Shown here one piece after another: positions 8,901-17,801 of a DNA stretch of 64,000 bases; the stretch's first letter is position 1, and each line of letters opens with the position of its first letter. The position numbers were made by a program, and so were the translations under genes. Origin of the DNA: Hormoscilla sp. (GTDB lineage: Bacteria > Cyanobacteriota > Cyanobacteriia > Cyanobacteriales > Desertifilaceae); the NCBI GenBank assembly GCA_051439505.1, contig JBFRWI010000228.1:32001-96000 (forward strand), written 5' to 3'. The notes beneath the pieces are model-generated. The model did no database searches. It saw only the letters and a list, made by a program, of their open reading frames with translations, and was not told the DNA's origin.

Positions 8901-11353
8901 ATTAGCAGGAGGATATGCCCTTGGTCACCTTGAGTAAACAAGCGCACCCGCAGTAAGGGACCTCGTTCTAAAGCAAATGGACAGTGGGACTCTTCAACTA
9001 GACGCTCGTTCAGAAAGGCTTCGCTCCAGTTCGAGGCATTCTCCTCCTGGAAGCAGAACGATCCTTGCTCGTGAACCTGGGCTACAGGTCCCTCCTGAGA
9101 AGCTGTGAACGTTGTCCTGAGGGCAGGATGGCGAGACACTAGGGCCTGGAATGCTTTTTGCAAAGCTGGGATGTCCAGCTCAGAGCAAATGCGTACAGCA
9201 CTTGCAATGTTGTAGGCTGTACTCTCTGGTGTCATCTGGTGCAAGAACCACAGCGATCGCTGACCATAGGATAGGAAGTGCTCCGTGCCAGTGGCTTGAA
9301 CTGGGACTAGCGGGATCTCTGAAGCAGCTATAGGCGCACTCAACAGATTGAGGATTTCAGTTGCTAGCTGACTGATACTGGGCCCCTCGAGAAGGTCTGC
9401 CATCGGCAAAACGACACCCAAACTCGTTTCAATGTCATTTTTCAGCTCGATCACCATCAAGGAATCAAGACCCAAGGTACTCAAGGTCGTCTGCAAGTCC
9501 AACTGGGAGGGGGCGACTTTCAGCACCCGAGCTACCAGTTCCCGGAGATAAGACTGCAGCCGCTGCGGTCGGTTTTCGGAATCTATCGCCAGGAGAACTT
9601 CGTAAGTCAGGCTCTGCTCGATGTCTCCGGAATAGAAGTTTTCCAGAATGTTGCTCCCTACCACATCCAAGCTACCATTCAGAAAGCTAGTCCAGCAGGT
9701 TTGGCGCTGGATTTTGCCGCTGGAGGTTTTTGGTATACTCCCAGTCTTGAGCAGCAAGACTGCATAAACTTGCAGATCCTGTTCCTCCGACACCGCCTTG
9801 CGGATAGCTCCCACCACTGCTTCTACATTGATCTGCCGTAGAGAATTCCGTTTCACCTCTTGCGCAACAACCAGGCGCTCCTCGCCCGCCACTTCTACCC
9901 CGAACGCTGCTCCACAACTAGGGCGCAGGGCTGGATGACTCCGCTCCACGGTCAGTTCAATATCCTGGGGATAATGGTTGCGACCCCAGATGATAATCAG
10001 GTCCTTGAGTCGCCCTGTAATAAACAACTCACCATCCTGCATAAATCCCAGGTCGCCAGTACGCAAAAAAGGACCTTCACCAGTATCTAGATAAGCATTG
10101 AAGGTCTTCGCTGTTGCCTCCGGTTGATTCCAATAGCCCTGAGCTACACTCAGGCTGGATATCCAAATCTCTCCAACCTGGTCAGCCCGACAGCGGGTGT
10201 TAGATTCAGGGTCAACGAGTGCAATTTTTTCAAACAATGACTGACCACAGCCCACAATTACCCGAGCATTGGCTGGATCTGCGGTAGCTACCACGCAGTT
10301 TTGCTCAAGATCGGCGGCCTCGACCTGGAGAAGAACGGGGAGAGCCGTTTTCACCCCTCCGGAAACGAATAAAGTTGCTTCGGCCATCCCGTAACAGGGG
10401 TAAAAGGCTTCTCTTCGGAAACCACAATCGGCAAAATAGTGAGAAAACCGCTCTAGTGTCTCAGCATGAACGGGTTCGGATCCGTTGAAGGCTACTGACC
10501 AGCTGCTCAAGTCAATGTCAGCACGCTGTTGGGGACTAATCTTCTGGACGCACAGATCGTAAGCAAAATTCGGACCGCCGCTGGTGGTCGCCTTGTAGCG
10601 GGAAATAGCTTGCAGCCAGCGCAAAGGCTTTTGGAGAAAGGCTGCTGGTGACATAAGAACGGACGGTATGCCCATATACAGGGGCTGCAATACATTCCCA
10701 ATCAGTCCCATATCGTGGAACAAAGGTAACCAACCAACTACCAGAGTATCTGTTGTGTGACCAAAACCAATCTCGATCAGCCGTTCATTGTGTAGCAAAT
10801 TGCCATGACTGACCATCACCCCTTTCGGCGCTCCGGTAGACCCCGAAGTATACTGGAGAAAAGCCAAGGTGCTGCTGCACAAGGCTGGTTCTTGCCAGTC
10901 CAATCTCTGGTCGCTTTGCAGTTGATCGGTGGCTAGCCAGTGCAAAGAAGCCAATTCGGGATCTTGGGCGAATTGATTCCCCAGCCTAGCCAACTCCGAG
11001 GCTGTGGTGAGTGCCAACGTCGCCTGGGAATCTGCCACAATTGCCTGCACCCTAGACATTTTCTGATTGCGCCGAGGTGGATAAGCAGGAACAGCTACTA
11101 TTCCTGCATACAAACAGCCGAAGAAGGCAGTAATGAACTCCAGACCCGGTGGATAAAGCAGCAACGCTCGGGAGCCAATGGCGCTAAAACTTTGAAGCTG
11201 GGCTGCGATCTCACGTGAGCGTTGGTTTAATTCTTGATAGGTTAAACTAACTTTCTCAGTTTCTCCATTTTGTAGAAAGATATAAATTACTTGATCTGGC
11301 TTATTTTGCGCTTGGTACTGTAAGAGATCTATAAAAGTCAAAATTTTCTGCAT
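5990..11353 (-). CDS. NRPS starter: FAAL-ACP-C-A(Ala-like)-PCP
   Basis: FAAL motifs FLQYTSGSTG, WLPLFHDMGLIG, NHYPQDIE; ACP LGLDSL; C HHIVVDFWS; A YTSGSTGKPKG and NLYGPSEDTTYS; PCP LGGYSLL. Likely ATG at 11353 (ORF track starts at 11383). Confidence 0.96.
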   Translation of the reverse strand: MQKILTFIDLLQYQAQNKPDQVIYIFLQNGETEKVSLTYQELNQRSREIAAQLQSFSAIGSRALLLYPPGLEFITAFFGCLYAGIVAVPAYPPRRNQKMSRVQAIVADSQATLALTTASELARLGNQFAQDPELASLHWLATDQLQSDQRLDWQEPALCSSTLAFLQYTSGSTGAPKGVMVSHGNLLHNERLIEIGFGHTTDTLVVGWLPLFHDMGLIGNVLQPLYMGIPSVLMSPAAFLQKPLRWLQAISRYKATTSGGPNFAYDLCVQKISPQQRADIDLSSWSVAFNGSEPVHAETLERFSHYFADCGFRREAFYPCYGMAEATLFVSGGVKTALPVLLQVEAADLEQNCVVATADPANARVIVGCGQSLFEKIALVDPESNTRCRADQVGEIWISSLSVAQGYWNQPEATAKTFNAYLDTGEGPFLRTGDLGFMQDGELFITGRLKDLIIIWGRNHYPQDIELTVERSHPALRPSCGAAFGVEVAGEERLVVAQEVKRNSLRQINVEAVVGAIRKAVSEEQDLQVYAVLLLKTGSIPKTSSGKIQRQTCWTSFLNGSLDVVGSNILENFYSGDIEQSLTYEVLLAIDSENRPQRLQSYLRELVARVLKVAPSQLDLQTTLSTLGLDSLMVIELKNDIETSLGVVLPMADLLEGPSISQLATEILNLLSAPIAASEIPLVPVQATGTEHFLSYGQRSLWFLHQMTPESTAYNIASAVRICSELDIPALQKAFQALVSRHPALRTTFTASQEGPVAQVHEQGSFCFQEENASNWSEAFLNERLVEESHCPFALERGPLLRVRLFTQGDQGHILLLIMHHIVVDFWSLAVLVKELSILYQAEKTGGTPALEPLALQYTDYAYWQSKRLASPEGERLWAYWHKQLAGELPVLNLPTDRPRPPVQTYRGASVPFKLSMELTQKLKALGRDHRATLYMTLLAAFQVLLHRYTGQEDILVGSPTAGRNRAELAGLVGYFVNPVILRADLSGNPSFEVFLDRVRSSVLEAFKHQDYPFALLVEGLQPVRDLSRSPLFQVMFILHKAHLLDEQGLTQLALGESGARLNLGELELESWALEQRVAQFDLTLRTAERDGGIAASFVYNTELFEAATIHRMVGHFQTLLDAIVVNPQQQVSTLPLLTSPERHQLLVEWNNPPVAYPQNRCIHQLFEAQVERIPEAVAVVFENQQWTYRELNARANQLAHHLQILGVGPEVLVGICMERSLEMVVGLLGILKAGGAYVPLDPAYPKERLAFMLSDSQVPVLLTQQKLVSELPEHWAKVVCLDADWEAIAWKPEGNPVSDVEPTNLAYTLYTSGSTGKPKGVAIQHQSTVALCHWARGVFTTEQLAGVLASTSICFDLSVFELFVPLSWGGKTILAENTLHLITLSAAQYVTLINTVPSAIAELLRINGIPTSACTVNLAGEPLQNRLVQQLYQKDTIGQVFNLYGPSEDTTYSTFALVEKGYRRHPTIGRPITNTQIYILDDYLQPVPIGVIGELHIGGAGLARGYLNRPELTQEKFISNPFIDKPGARLYKTGDLARYLPDGNIEFLGRIDHQVKIRGFRIELGEVEALLGQHPEVRDAIVIVREDRADDKRIVAYVVPSNPSRGLPPSELRPFLKKKLPDYMVPTAFVSLEVMPLTPNGKIDRRALPVPDRASQSELEGIFVAPRTPVEEEIARIWAEVLGIERVGIHDNFFKLGGYSLLVTQVLSRVREAFQVELPLREIFEAPTVAAQALVIEKSQAIQKGGNMTKIQAVSRGTKNFDQLLAKLEQLSDNEAKNILRGEKSE

Positions 11354-11388
11354 GAGTTCCAGAGAATAATCTAAACAGCTCAAAATAT

Positions 11389-11573
11389 GGCTACCAACTT
11401 AAGCCGGGACAGCCCATGATGCAAGGCTGGAAGCCCACAGGTATTTCAGTCGGGTGCATCTCACTTTGGCACGGGGGAAGCATTCGGGGCTAAAATTTGT
11501 CGTTTTCTGTCATCATTTTTTCAGCCCGAATGCTTCCCCCCTACAGATGGATCGGCAAAACTGAGATGCACCC
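11389..11573. mobile_element. Nested repeat cluster: partial copy of the 5882 MITE plus a gggtgcatctca...tgagatgcaccc element enclosing a REP-like inverted repeat
   Basis: 11389-11441 matches an end of the 5882 element. 12-bp perfect inverted repeat at 11452/11562. Inner gggggaagcattcggg...cccgaatgcttccccc at 11473-11540. Confidence 0.7.
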
Positions 11574-11847
11574 AGCGCCTACCCTGTTCTAGTAATTCCT
11601 GAAGGGATGGGCCTGGGATGTAGTCTTGCACCAGTGCAAACCAGGGGACGCCTTCACCCGTTTGTCGATCTATGGAAAAGTAATCCCGATAATGGGGAAT
11701 TTGGGGATTAAAGGCCAGTAGCTTGACTATTACCTGTTCTTGCGATATTATATCTGTTGCGAGCCAAGTTTGACGACTGGCGGCGGTGCGTCCTAATTTC
11801 TGTTGGAGTTGGTATCTCTCAAGTAAGATATGTTGTGCTTGCAGCAT
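11574..11847 (-). pseudogene. Ser/Thr protein kinase N-terminal fragment
   Basis: RYQLQQKLG, VIVKLL, IPHYRDYF, LVQDYIPG are kinase N-lobe motifs. Internal deletion at NPQ/IP; no catalytic loop; truncated by the repeat element. Confidence 0.8.
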
Positions 11848-12120
11848 CCGGTTACCTGCCGATGGAATCCGCTCCTATTATAGCACCCAGCCATCGGGAA
11901 GCACAAGAAAAACTGCATGTGTGGCAGTAATGGTGCTGGGGAGGCACCACACATATTTTGTTTCATGTGAGGGGATGGAGTGTCTGTAATCACATTAGGC
12001 ACGGGCCAAGTCCTCAAGTAATTCCGCTTCAGTTAGGCGAAAGGTATCGACAGCGTAGTCCGCCTTTTGATGGCAAACAGGCTTTGTGTTTACTACGAAC
12101 CTTAGCGATCGCCTCCGAAA

Positions 12121-12609
12121 CTAATCACAAGCAACTCGTGCCAAGAAATCAGCAAACACCAGCAATTCACTTTGAGTTTGCGTAAAAGATTGTCGCAGTC
12201 GTCCGATCAGCGGTTCAATTCGTTGGAGTTCAAACTCGAAAGCATAAACATTGCGCACCACATGGCGAAAACGCCGATACTCGTCTAAGAAGCTAATCGT
12301 TTCTGTTGAGAGTACCTGTGGACGTAAATCAGACCAAGCTATACCCATCTGATTCAATAAATCTCGATGCCATTCACGACCTGCGGGCATACTCCCATCC
12401 ACAACAGTAGCAATTTGCGAGAATATTCTCTCTAGACCTGTGTAGAAATCATGCAAACTTAATGCCACCGAATCTATGAATAGGTCTTTATTTTCAGAAC
12501 TTGACTTTGTTGCAGCAGTCATGGCGCGTTCCGCACGGTTAACAATTATTTCTAAATCTGCTAACTCTTGACGAATGCGCCCTGTTAATACTTGATATGG
12601 TTTTGTCAC
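12121..12609 (-). CDS. HepT-like (HEPN) RNase toxin
   Basis: LHDFYTGLE, WHRDLL and RRFRHVVRNVY motifs; 4-bp overlap with the upstream nucleotidyltransferase. Confidence 0.85.
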   Translation of the reverse strand: MTKPYQVLTGRIRQELADLEIIVNRAERAMTAATKSSSENKDLFIDSVALSLHDFYTGLERIFSQIATVVDGSMPAGREWHRDLLNQMGIAWSDLRPQVLSTETISFLDEYRRFRHVVRNVYAFEFELQRIEPLIGRLRQSFTQTQSELLVFADFLARVACD

Positions 12610-12980
12610 AGCAATATGCCCTCTTGTTCTATAGAAGCCAGCAATTTAGGCTTACAAATTTCCACATCCACCAGGTTGACTTCAATAGTATCATCCAAAT
12701 CCCTCACCGCCCCCATTGCCCGGAAGGTGTCCCGAGGAGAAATTCCCCAGGCCGCAATATCTACATCGGACCAGAGGGTAAAACAATCGGACCGTACCAG
12801 GGAACCAAATACTACTACTTTTGTCGCTAAAAATTGCTCTTTCAACAACCTAGCTGCTAATCGAGCTAATTCCCAGGCCCGCTTTCTTCTTTGGGCCCGT
12901 TTTTCCTCAGTTTCTGCCCAACGCCGCTTCGCCGCATTTCGGTACACCTCTATTGCTGCTGATGATGTTAACTCGTTCAT
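12606..12980 (-). CDS. Minimal nucleotidyltransferase (MNT/MntA-like antitoxin)
   Basis: VVVFGSL...SDVDIA motif; 124 aa; translationally coupled to the HEPN gene. Confidence 0.88.
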   Translation of the reverse strand: MNELTSSAAIEVYRNAAKRRWAETEEKRAQRRKRAWELARLAARLLKEQFLATKVVVFGSLVRSDCFTLWSDVDIAAWGISPRDTFRAMGAVRDLDDTIEVNLVDVEICKPKLLASIEQEGILL

Positions 12981-13181
12981 AACATTTTTGACAATTATCC
13001 TCCTCCCTATTTTACCCGATCGCCCCTAAATTGCGTTCCCGTTTTATCTATTATACCTCAATCTTGGACAAAAAGTCAGCTAAGTACATAGGCTTGCATC
13101 CGGATTAATATTTTTTCAGATGCGCACCCTCCCAGGGAGCCCCGATTTTTTGGTATTACATTAAGAGAGAGAAGCACTATA

Positions 13182-14390
13182 TCAACCTCTAGGGGAATTG
13201 TCCAAGAGGGCAATAGCATTTTCCAAGGGCATGGGTTTAGCAAAAAAGTAGCCCTGTCCGAAAGTGCAGCCGATCTCGCGCAAAGCATCGACATGGGACG
13301 ACTTCTCGACCCCTTCAGCGACAACTGTCATGCCCAGGGCCTGGGACAGATCCACGATCGCCTGACAGATGCTGCGACTGTTAGCTTTATCATCGAGTCC
13401 CCAGACAAAGGACTTGTCGATCTTGATGGTATCGAAGCGGTATTCATTCAGATATTGGAGACTAGAATAGCCAGTACCGAAGTCATCCAGCACCAGAGGA
13501 AACCCCAGGGAACGGCAACGGCGCACCCAGGCGATCGCCGCATCACTATCGAACAGACTCCTCTCCAGGATTTCCAACTTAATCTGAGCAGGTTGTACTT
13601 GACTTGTTTCTTCCAGGAGGAATTCAAAGAAATCAGGGTCTTCAATCTGGCGACTGGCAATATTCAGACTGACGAACATCTGCTTGCCACTCACCGACTC
13701 GATTTCTCGCAAGGCCCGGACTCCTTCTGCAATCACCCATTGCCCGATCGGGACGATGAGGGAAGTTGATTCTGCTAGGGGGATAAACAGATCCGGGCGC
13801 ACCAAACCTCGCGTCGGACTTTGCCATCGGATCAGCGCTTCAAAACCCGCGATTTGTCCCGTTTCCAGATGTATGACAGGCTGGTAGAAGAGCATAAACT
13901 GATCCTCCTCGATCGCCGTGCGCAACTCGCTCTCCATGCGGATCATTTCCACCGCTTCTTTGATCCGACCTTCCAAATCACTGCGAGGATCTGAGTAAAA
14001 CTGTGGTTGCTCTCCAGAACGAGGTCGCAACTTCTGCGTCTCCGAACGAAAGTAACGGATCACTACTAACAGCAACATCCGCAGGATCGGATCGGCGGAC
14101 TGAATGCGTTGGTTAACCTGTTCCTGGGTCATCAGAGTCAAAAGCCCATCGCTTTTTGCCGTAGCTGATGCCGATCGGGTGCGCCCGTCCACCAGGGCCA
14201 GTTCTCCGAACATGCTCCCCGCTGAGAGCACGTTCAGTACCAACCGCTTGCCATCAATCACCGTCCAGATCTCGATCGCGCCTTCTTCAATAATGTAAGC
14301 GTAATCTCCAGGGTCGCCCTCAGAAAAAATGAGTTCTCCCGCTTGCAGTTTGCGCTTCCGAAGTCCTTCGTATAGTAGTTTGTATTTCAT
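13182..14390 (-). CDS. cNMP-binding + EAL domain c-di-GMP phosphodiesterase
   Basis: N-terminal IFSEGDPGD...FGELAL...RSASA; C-terminal EALIRW, DDFGTGYSSL, IKIDKSF, AEGVE, QGYFF. Confidence 0.92.
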   Translation of the reverse strand: MKYKLLYEGLRKRKLQAGELIFSEGDPGDYAYIIEEGAIEIWTVIDGKRLVLNVLSAGSMFGELALVDGRTRSASATAKSDGLLTLMTQEQVNQRIQSADPILRMLLLVVIRYFRSETQKLRPRSGEQPQFYSDPRSDLEGRIKEAVEMIRMESELRTAIEEDQFMLFYQPVIHLETGQIAGFEALIRWQSPTRGLVRPDLFIPLAESTSLIVPIGQWVIAEGVRALREIESVSGKQMFVSLNIASRQIEDPDFFEFLLEETSQVQPAQIKLEILERSLFDSDAAIAWVRRCRSLGFPLVLDDFGTGYSSLQYLNEYRFDTIKIDKSFVWGLDDKANSRSICQAIVDLSQALGMTVVAEGVEKSSHVDALREIGCTFGQGYFFAKPMPLENAIALLDNSPRG

Positions 14391-14427
14391 TTGTCAAACA
14401 ATTTCGACCAGGTCCGGCGACTAATGA

Positions 14428-15819
14428 CTAATGGCTAATTTTATCGCCCGCAGCCTGCAACAGCTCGACAACTTCAGCATAACCGTTAAACTCGGCAATC
14501 ATGGCAGCCGTGTAACCCCCGCGATTTTTCTGGTTTATATCCGCACCACTGGAGAGTATCATGCTGACAATATTTGTATAGCCTCGATGGGCTCCCCACA
14601 TTAAAGCCGTTGCCCCAGCTCCATCGATCTTATTCACATCCGCACCAGCAGCTAACAATTGCCGCACTACTTCAATCGCACCCCGATCGGCTGCCCTCAT
14701 CAGAGCAGTTTTACCCTTCTCATCGATCGTATTTGTATCTGCACCAGCATCCAGTAATATTTGGAGAGTCTCTGCATGTCCCCGATCGGCTGCGATCGTC
14801 AGAGCCGTCTGTCCCATATTTTTGCTTCTAACATCAGCTTGCCTTTGCAGCAGTGCCGCCGCAATTAAGGCGCGATCGTGCAAAGCTGCTAAGATTAAAG
14901 GCGTATCGCCCAACTGGTTTCGAGTATTCACCCGGGCTCCCCGCGAGAGTAAAATCTCCACTACTTGCAGATGACCTTCCGTCACCGCCAGGTTTAATGC
15001 CGTCTCGCCATCTCGATCTCGAGCATTCACATCCGCACCAGCATCCAGCAAAGCCCTCACGATCTCGGAGTAACCTCCAGCAGCAGCAGCCATCAGGGCC
15101 GTACCGCCCTCTAAATTTTTCCCCTGCACGTCAGCACCAGCGTCTAGCAATGCTCGTACCGTACTGCTATGGCCCCAGTCAGCTGCTAAACTTAAGGCTG
15201 TCTCCCCATCACGATCCGATGCCTTCGGATCGGCACCAGCAGCCAACAATAATTGCACGATCGATAAATTCCCCCCTGCAGCTGCCTGCATCAGGAGCGT
15301 GGCACCATCACTTGTGGTAGCATTGGCATTTGCGTTTGCTCCAGCCTCTAACAATAGCTGTACCGCCTGGAGATGACCTTTACCTACTGCCAGGTTAACG
15401 GCTGTATCCTCATGGGCATCGACCAGCTTGACATCTGCCCCAGCATCTAGCAATAATCTGACTATCGGGGTATGTCCCTTCAGGGATGCCACCATCAATG
15501 CCGTGCTGCCATCATCATTTTTGGCGTTCGCCTCCGCCCCGGCGGCCAGCAACGTGCGGACGACATCCAGACACCCGTTCCCCGATGCCAGCATCAATGC
15601 CGTGACACCAAACAACTGGCGACGAGTATTGACATTAGCAGCATAGTCTAGCAATAGCCTGACAATTTCCGTGTAGCCCAGGGCAGCAGCAAACATCAAA
15701 GCTGTCGTGCCGTCAGTATCGGTGGCATTAGCATTAGCACCCCCCACTAGCAGGGTTTGTACCTGGAGGCGATCGCCTGTTTGCGCCCCCCGGAGTAGCA
15801 AGACATCATTTGAGTTCAT
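14428..15819 (-). CDS. Ankyrin repeat protein
   Basis: About 13 GxTALMxAA...LLxAGADVN repeats. Confidence 0.95.
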   Translation of the reverse strand: MNSNDVLLLRGAQTGDRLQVQTLLVGGANANATDTDGTTALMFAAALGYTEIVRLLLDYAANVNTRRQLFGVTALMLASGNGCLDVVRTLLAAGAEANAKNDDGSTALMVASLKGHTPIVRLLLDAGADVKLVDAHEDTAVNLAVGKGHLQAVQLLLEAGANANANATTSDGATLLMQAAAGGNLSIVQLLLAAGADPKASDRDGETALSLAADWGHSSTVRALLDAGADVQGKNLEGGTALMAAAAGGYSEIVRALLDAGADVNARDRDGETALNLAVTEGHLQVVEILLSRGARVNTRNQLGDTPLILAALHDRALIAAALLQRQADVRSKNMGQTALTIAADRGHAETLQILLDAGADTNTIDEKGKTALMRAADRGAIEVVRQLLAAGADVNKIDGAGATALMWGAHRGYTNIVSMILSSGADINQKNRGGYTAAMIAEFNGYAEVVELLQAAGDKISH

Positions 15820-15972
15820 GTCTATACATCATCCCAGCATCACTTTCCTGTGATAATTATACCACCCATGTCAAGTGATCCTGCCCAGAAATTCGCTCGC
15901 GAGAGCCACCCCCAATATGATATGTTAACTTTTATAACGATCTATCCAGCCCGATAAGGAGAACACCACCGA

Positions 15973-16446
15973 ATGGAAATCCCAGAGTCTGTCAAATTTT
16001 GGAGCCAATTCTTTCACCCCGTATTTATGTGGGTATTGCTAGCGGCCTCCCTTTATGCTATGTCTCTCGGCCTCAAGGTCCGCAAGACCAGGACTGCCGA
16101 AGGCGAAGCCAAGAAAGATTTGATTAAAGGCAAATTTAACGTCAAGCATTACCAAGTGGGGTCAATCCTGCTAGCCTTGATGCTTGTCGGTTGTATTGGT
16201 GGCATGGCCGTCACCTATATTAACAACGGCAAACTCTTCTTTGGACCTCACCTGCTGGTAGGATTAGCCATGACGGCACTGATTGCCATGTCTGCCTCTT
16301 TAGCCCCCTTCATGCAGAAAGGACAAGATTGGGCACGCTATTCTCATATTGCCCTCAACGTTACTCTAGTGGGTCTGTTTGGTTGGCAGGCCGTCACGGG
16401 TATGCAGATCGTGCAAAAAATCCTTGACAGCATGGGATCTTCGTGA
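15973..16446 (+). CDS. DUF4079 family membrane protein
   Basis: HPVFMW, KHYQVGSILL, GPHLLVG, WARYSH; conserved cyanobacterial membrane protein pattern. Confidence 0.8.
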   Translation: MEIPESVKFWSQFFHPVFMWVLLAASLYAMSLGLKVRKTRTAEGEAKKDLIKGKFNVKHYQVGSILLALMLVGCIGGMAVTYINNGKLFFGPHLLVGLAMTALIAMSASLAPFMQKGQDWARYSHIALNVTLVGLFGWQAVTGMQIVQKILDSMGSS

Positions 16447-16600
16447 AATACTCAAATCCTTGCTTGGCCTGGCCAAAATCGGCACGAGGGTTTCACATTA
16501 GCTATCAATGAGCGTCCCTGGTTGAGAAGAGCTACTTGATGTAAGTATTCTGTTAACCACTAGAGACGTTATCTGCAATACCTTTTTGGAGATAACGTCT

Positions 16601-17281
16601 CTACTTTGCTTGGGGCCGATCCACATGATGGCGAGCATAGAAATTCTGCTCGACTTTGTGGTTCAAGCGGTTTGAAACCTGGCGGACGATTTGGGCCAAC
16701 AGCCGATCGCCCGTTTTCTGAATTAGAGTCTGGGGTAAAACCCGAATAAACTTGGGAAAGGATAGGTAAACCGTCAAGTCCAGTTCCGACTGTACTCTTG
16801 TCTTGACAGAGTTGAGCCCGTCACCTGGCAGTTCCACTAGCATCATCTGAGCCTGAAAGTCAACATCATATCCGGGCGGCACGTAGTCTGGAACTGGTAT
16901 CGCTTCAATCCGATAAACTCCCTGCTTGTCAGCTGGCTTTAACTCTAAACCTATTTTCGGCTCCACTTCATAGCCAAAGGCACCAAAACGCCCGATCGTT
17001 AAAGCATAGCCATTGGGTCCGAGAGGTTCTGACTGCATGGGCAACGCGCACTGGCCAAACCACTCTTGGTGAACGTCGAAATATGCAGCCACCACCGCTC
17101 GTGAGGCATTTATTTCCATGACATTTTCAAAGTGAGTGTAAAATGTTGTCGGTTCTTGAGCGACTGGTTTGACTGGCCAGGTCTCCTCTAGCTGTGTGAA
17201 GCCTGATGTTGCACCCAATATTACTTCTTCGGGCGTCCCAACCGTAGATTCAACGAGTTTATGTTCTTTCTGATATACCAT
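16601..17281 (-). CDS. DUF1997 family protein
   Basis: HQEWFxxCAxPM, GRFGAFGYEVEPKIGL, LIQKTGDRLL. Confidence 0.75.
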   Translation of the reverse strand: MVYQKEHKLVESTVGTPEEVILGATSGFTQLEETWPVKPVAQEPTTFYTHFENVMEINASRAVVAAYFDVHQEWFGQCALPMQSEPLGPNGYALTIGRFGAFGYEVEPKIGLELKPADKQGVYRIEAIPVPDYVPPGYDVDFQAQMMLVELPGDGLNSVKTRVQSELDLTVYLSFPKFIRVLPQTLIQKTGDRLLAQIVRQVSNRLNHKVEQNFYARHHVDRPQAK

Positions 17282-17454
17282 CTCACCTACTTCCCGCTGC
17301 TTGCCTAGGTTTAATATTCTCTAGAATAATTCACGGCTTCAACTGTGACTCAAATTCTTAACAATTAATAATAAAACTCTCACCAAGACTGGGAGGTATT
17401 ACCTACTGAGCAACAGTTTCACCTTTGAGAATAGCCCGTGAGTGAGATGGACGA

Positions 17455-17555
17455 TATGTGGCATTTTCCCTATCGACATTACGTCGATAGGGAAAATGCC
17501 ACATACGGTAGGTGTTTCCCCAAAAGGCGCAATGCCTTTTGGGGAAACACCTACC
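17455..17555. repeat. Two abutting perfect hairpins (23-bp and 22-bp stems, 5-nt loops)
   Basis: tatgtggcattttccctatcgac-attac-gtcgatagggaaaatgccacata, then ggtaggtgtttccccaaaaggc-gcaat-gccttttggggaaacacctacc. Confidence 0.95.
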
Positions 17556-17801
17556 TTCGCAGATAATTCATGCATTCTGGCACGCTCTATATTAATGCAG
17601 CGGACTAAATCGATCGTTATGGAATAGAGTCGATCTGGGTACATATACTAGATAGCAATATATGTAGCAATGGCTACAGGAGAGCCTTGCCAGAGTCCAG
17701 CTAGAACCCCAAAATGGCGGTACAGCTGGCAAGGATGACATCAATCGGCAATGGCAAAAAATAGCTATATTAGCTATTGGAGACTACCGAATAATGAGCA
17801 G

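Noticed and set aside
14428..15819. Ankyrin protein as evidence of symbiosis
   Set aside because: Ankyrin proteins are common in free-living cyanobacteria; no secretion signal seen.
17399..17644. ORFs on both strands across the twin hairpins
   Set aside because: Mirror-image peptides produced by the palindromes.
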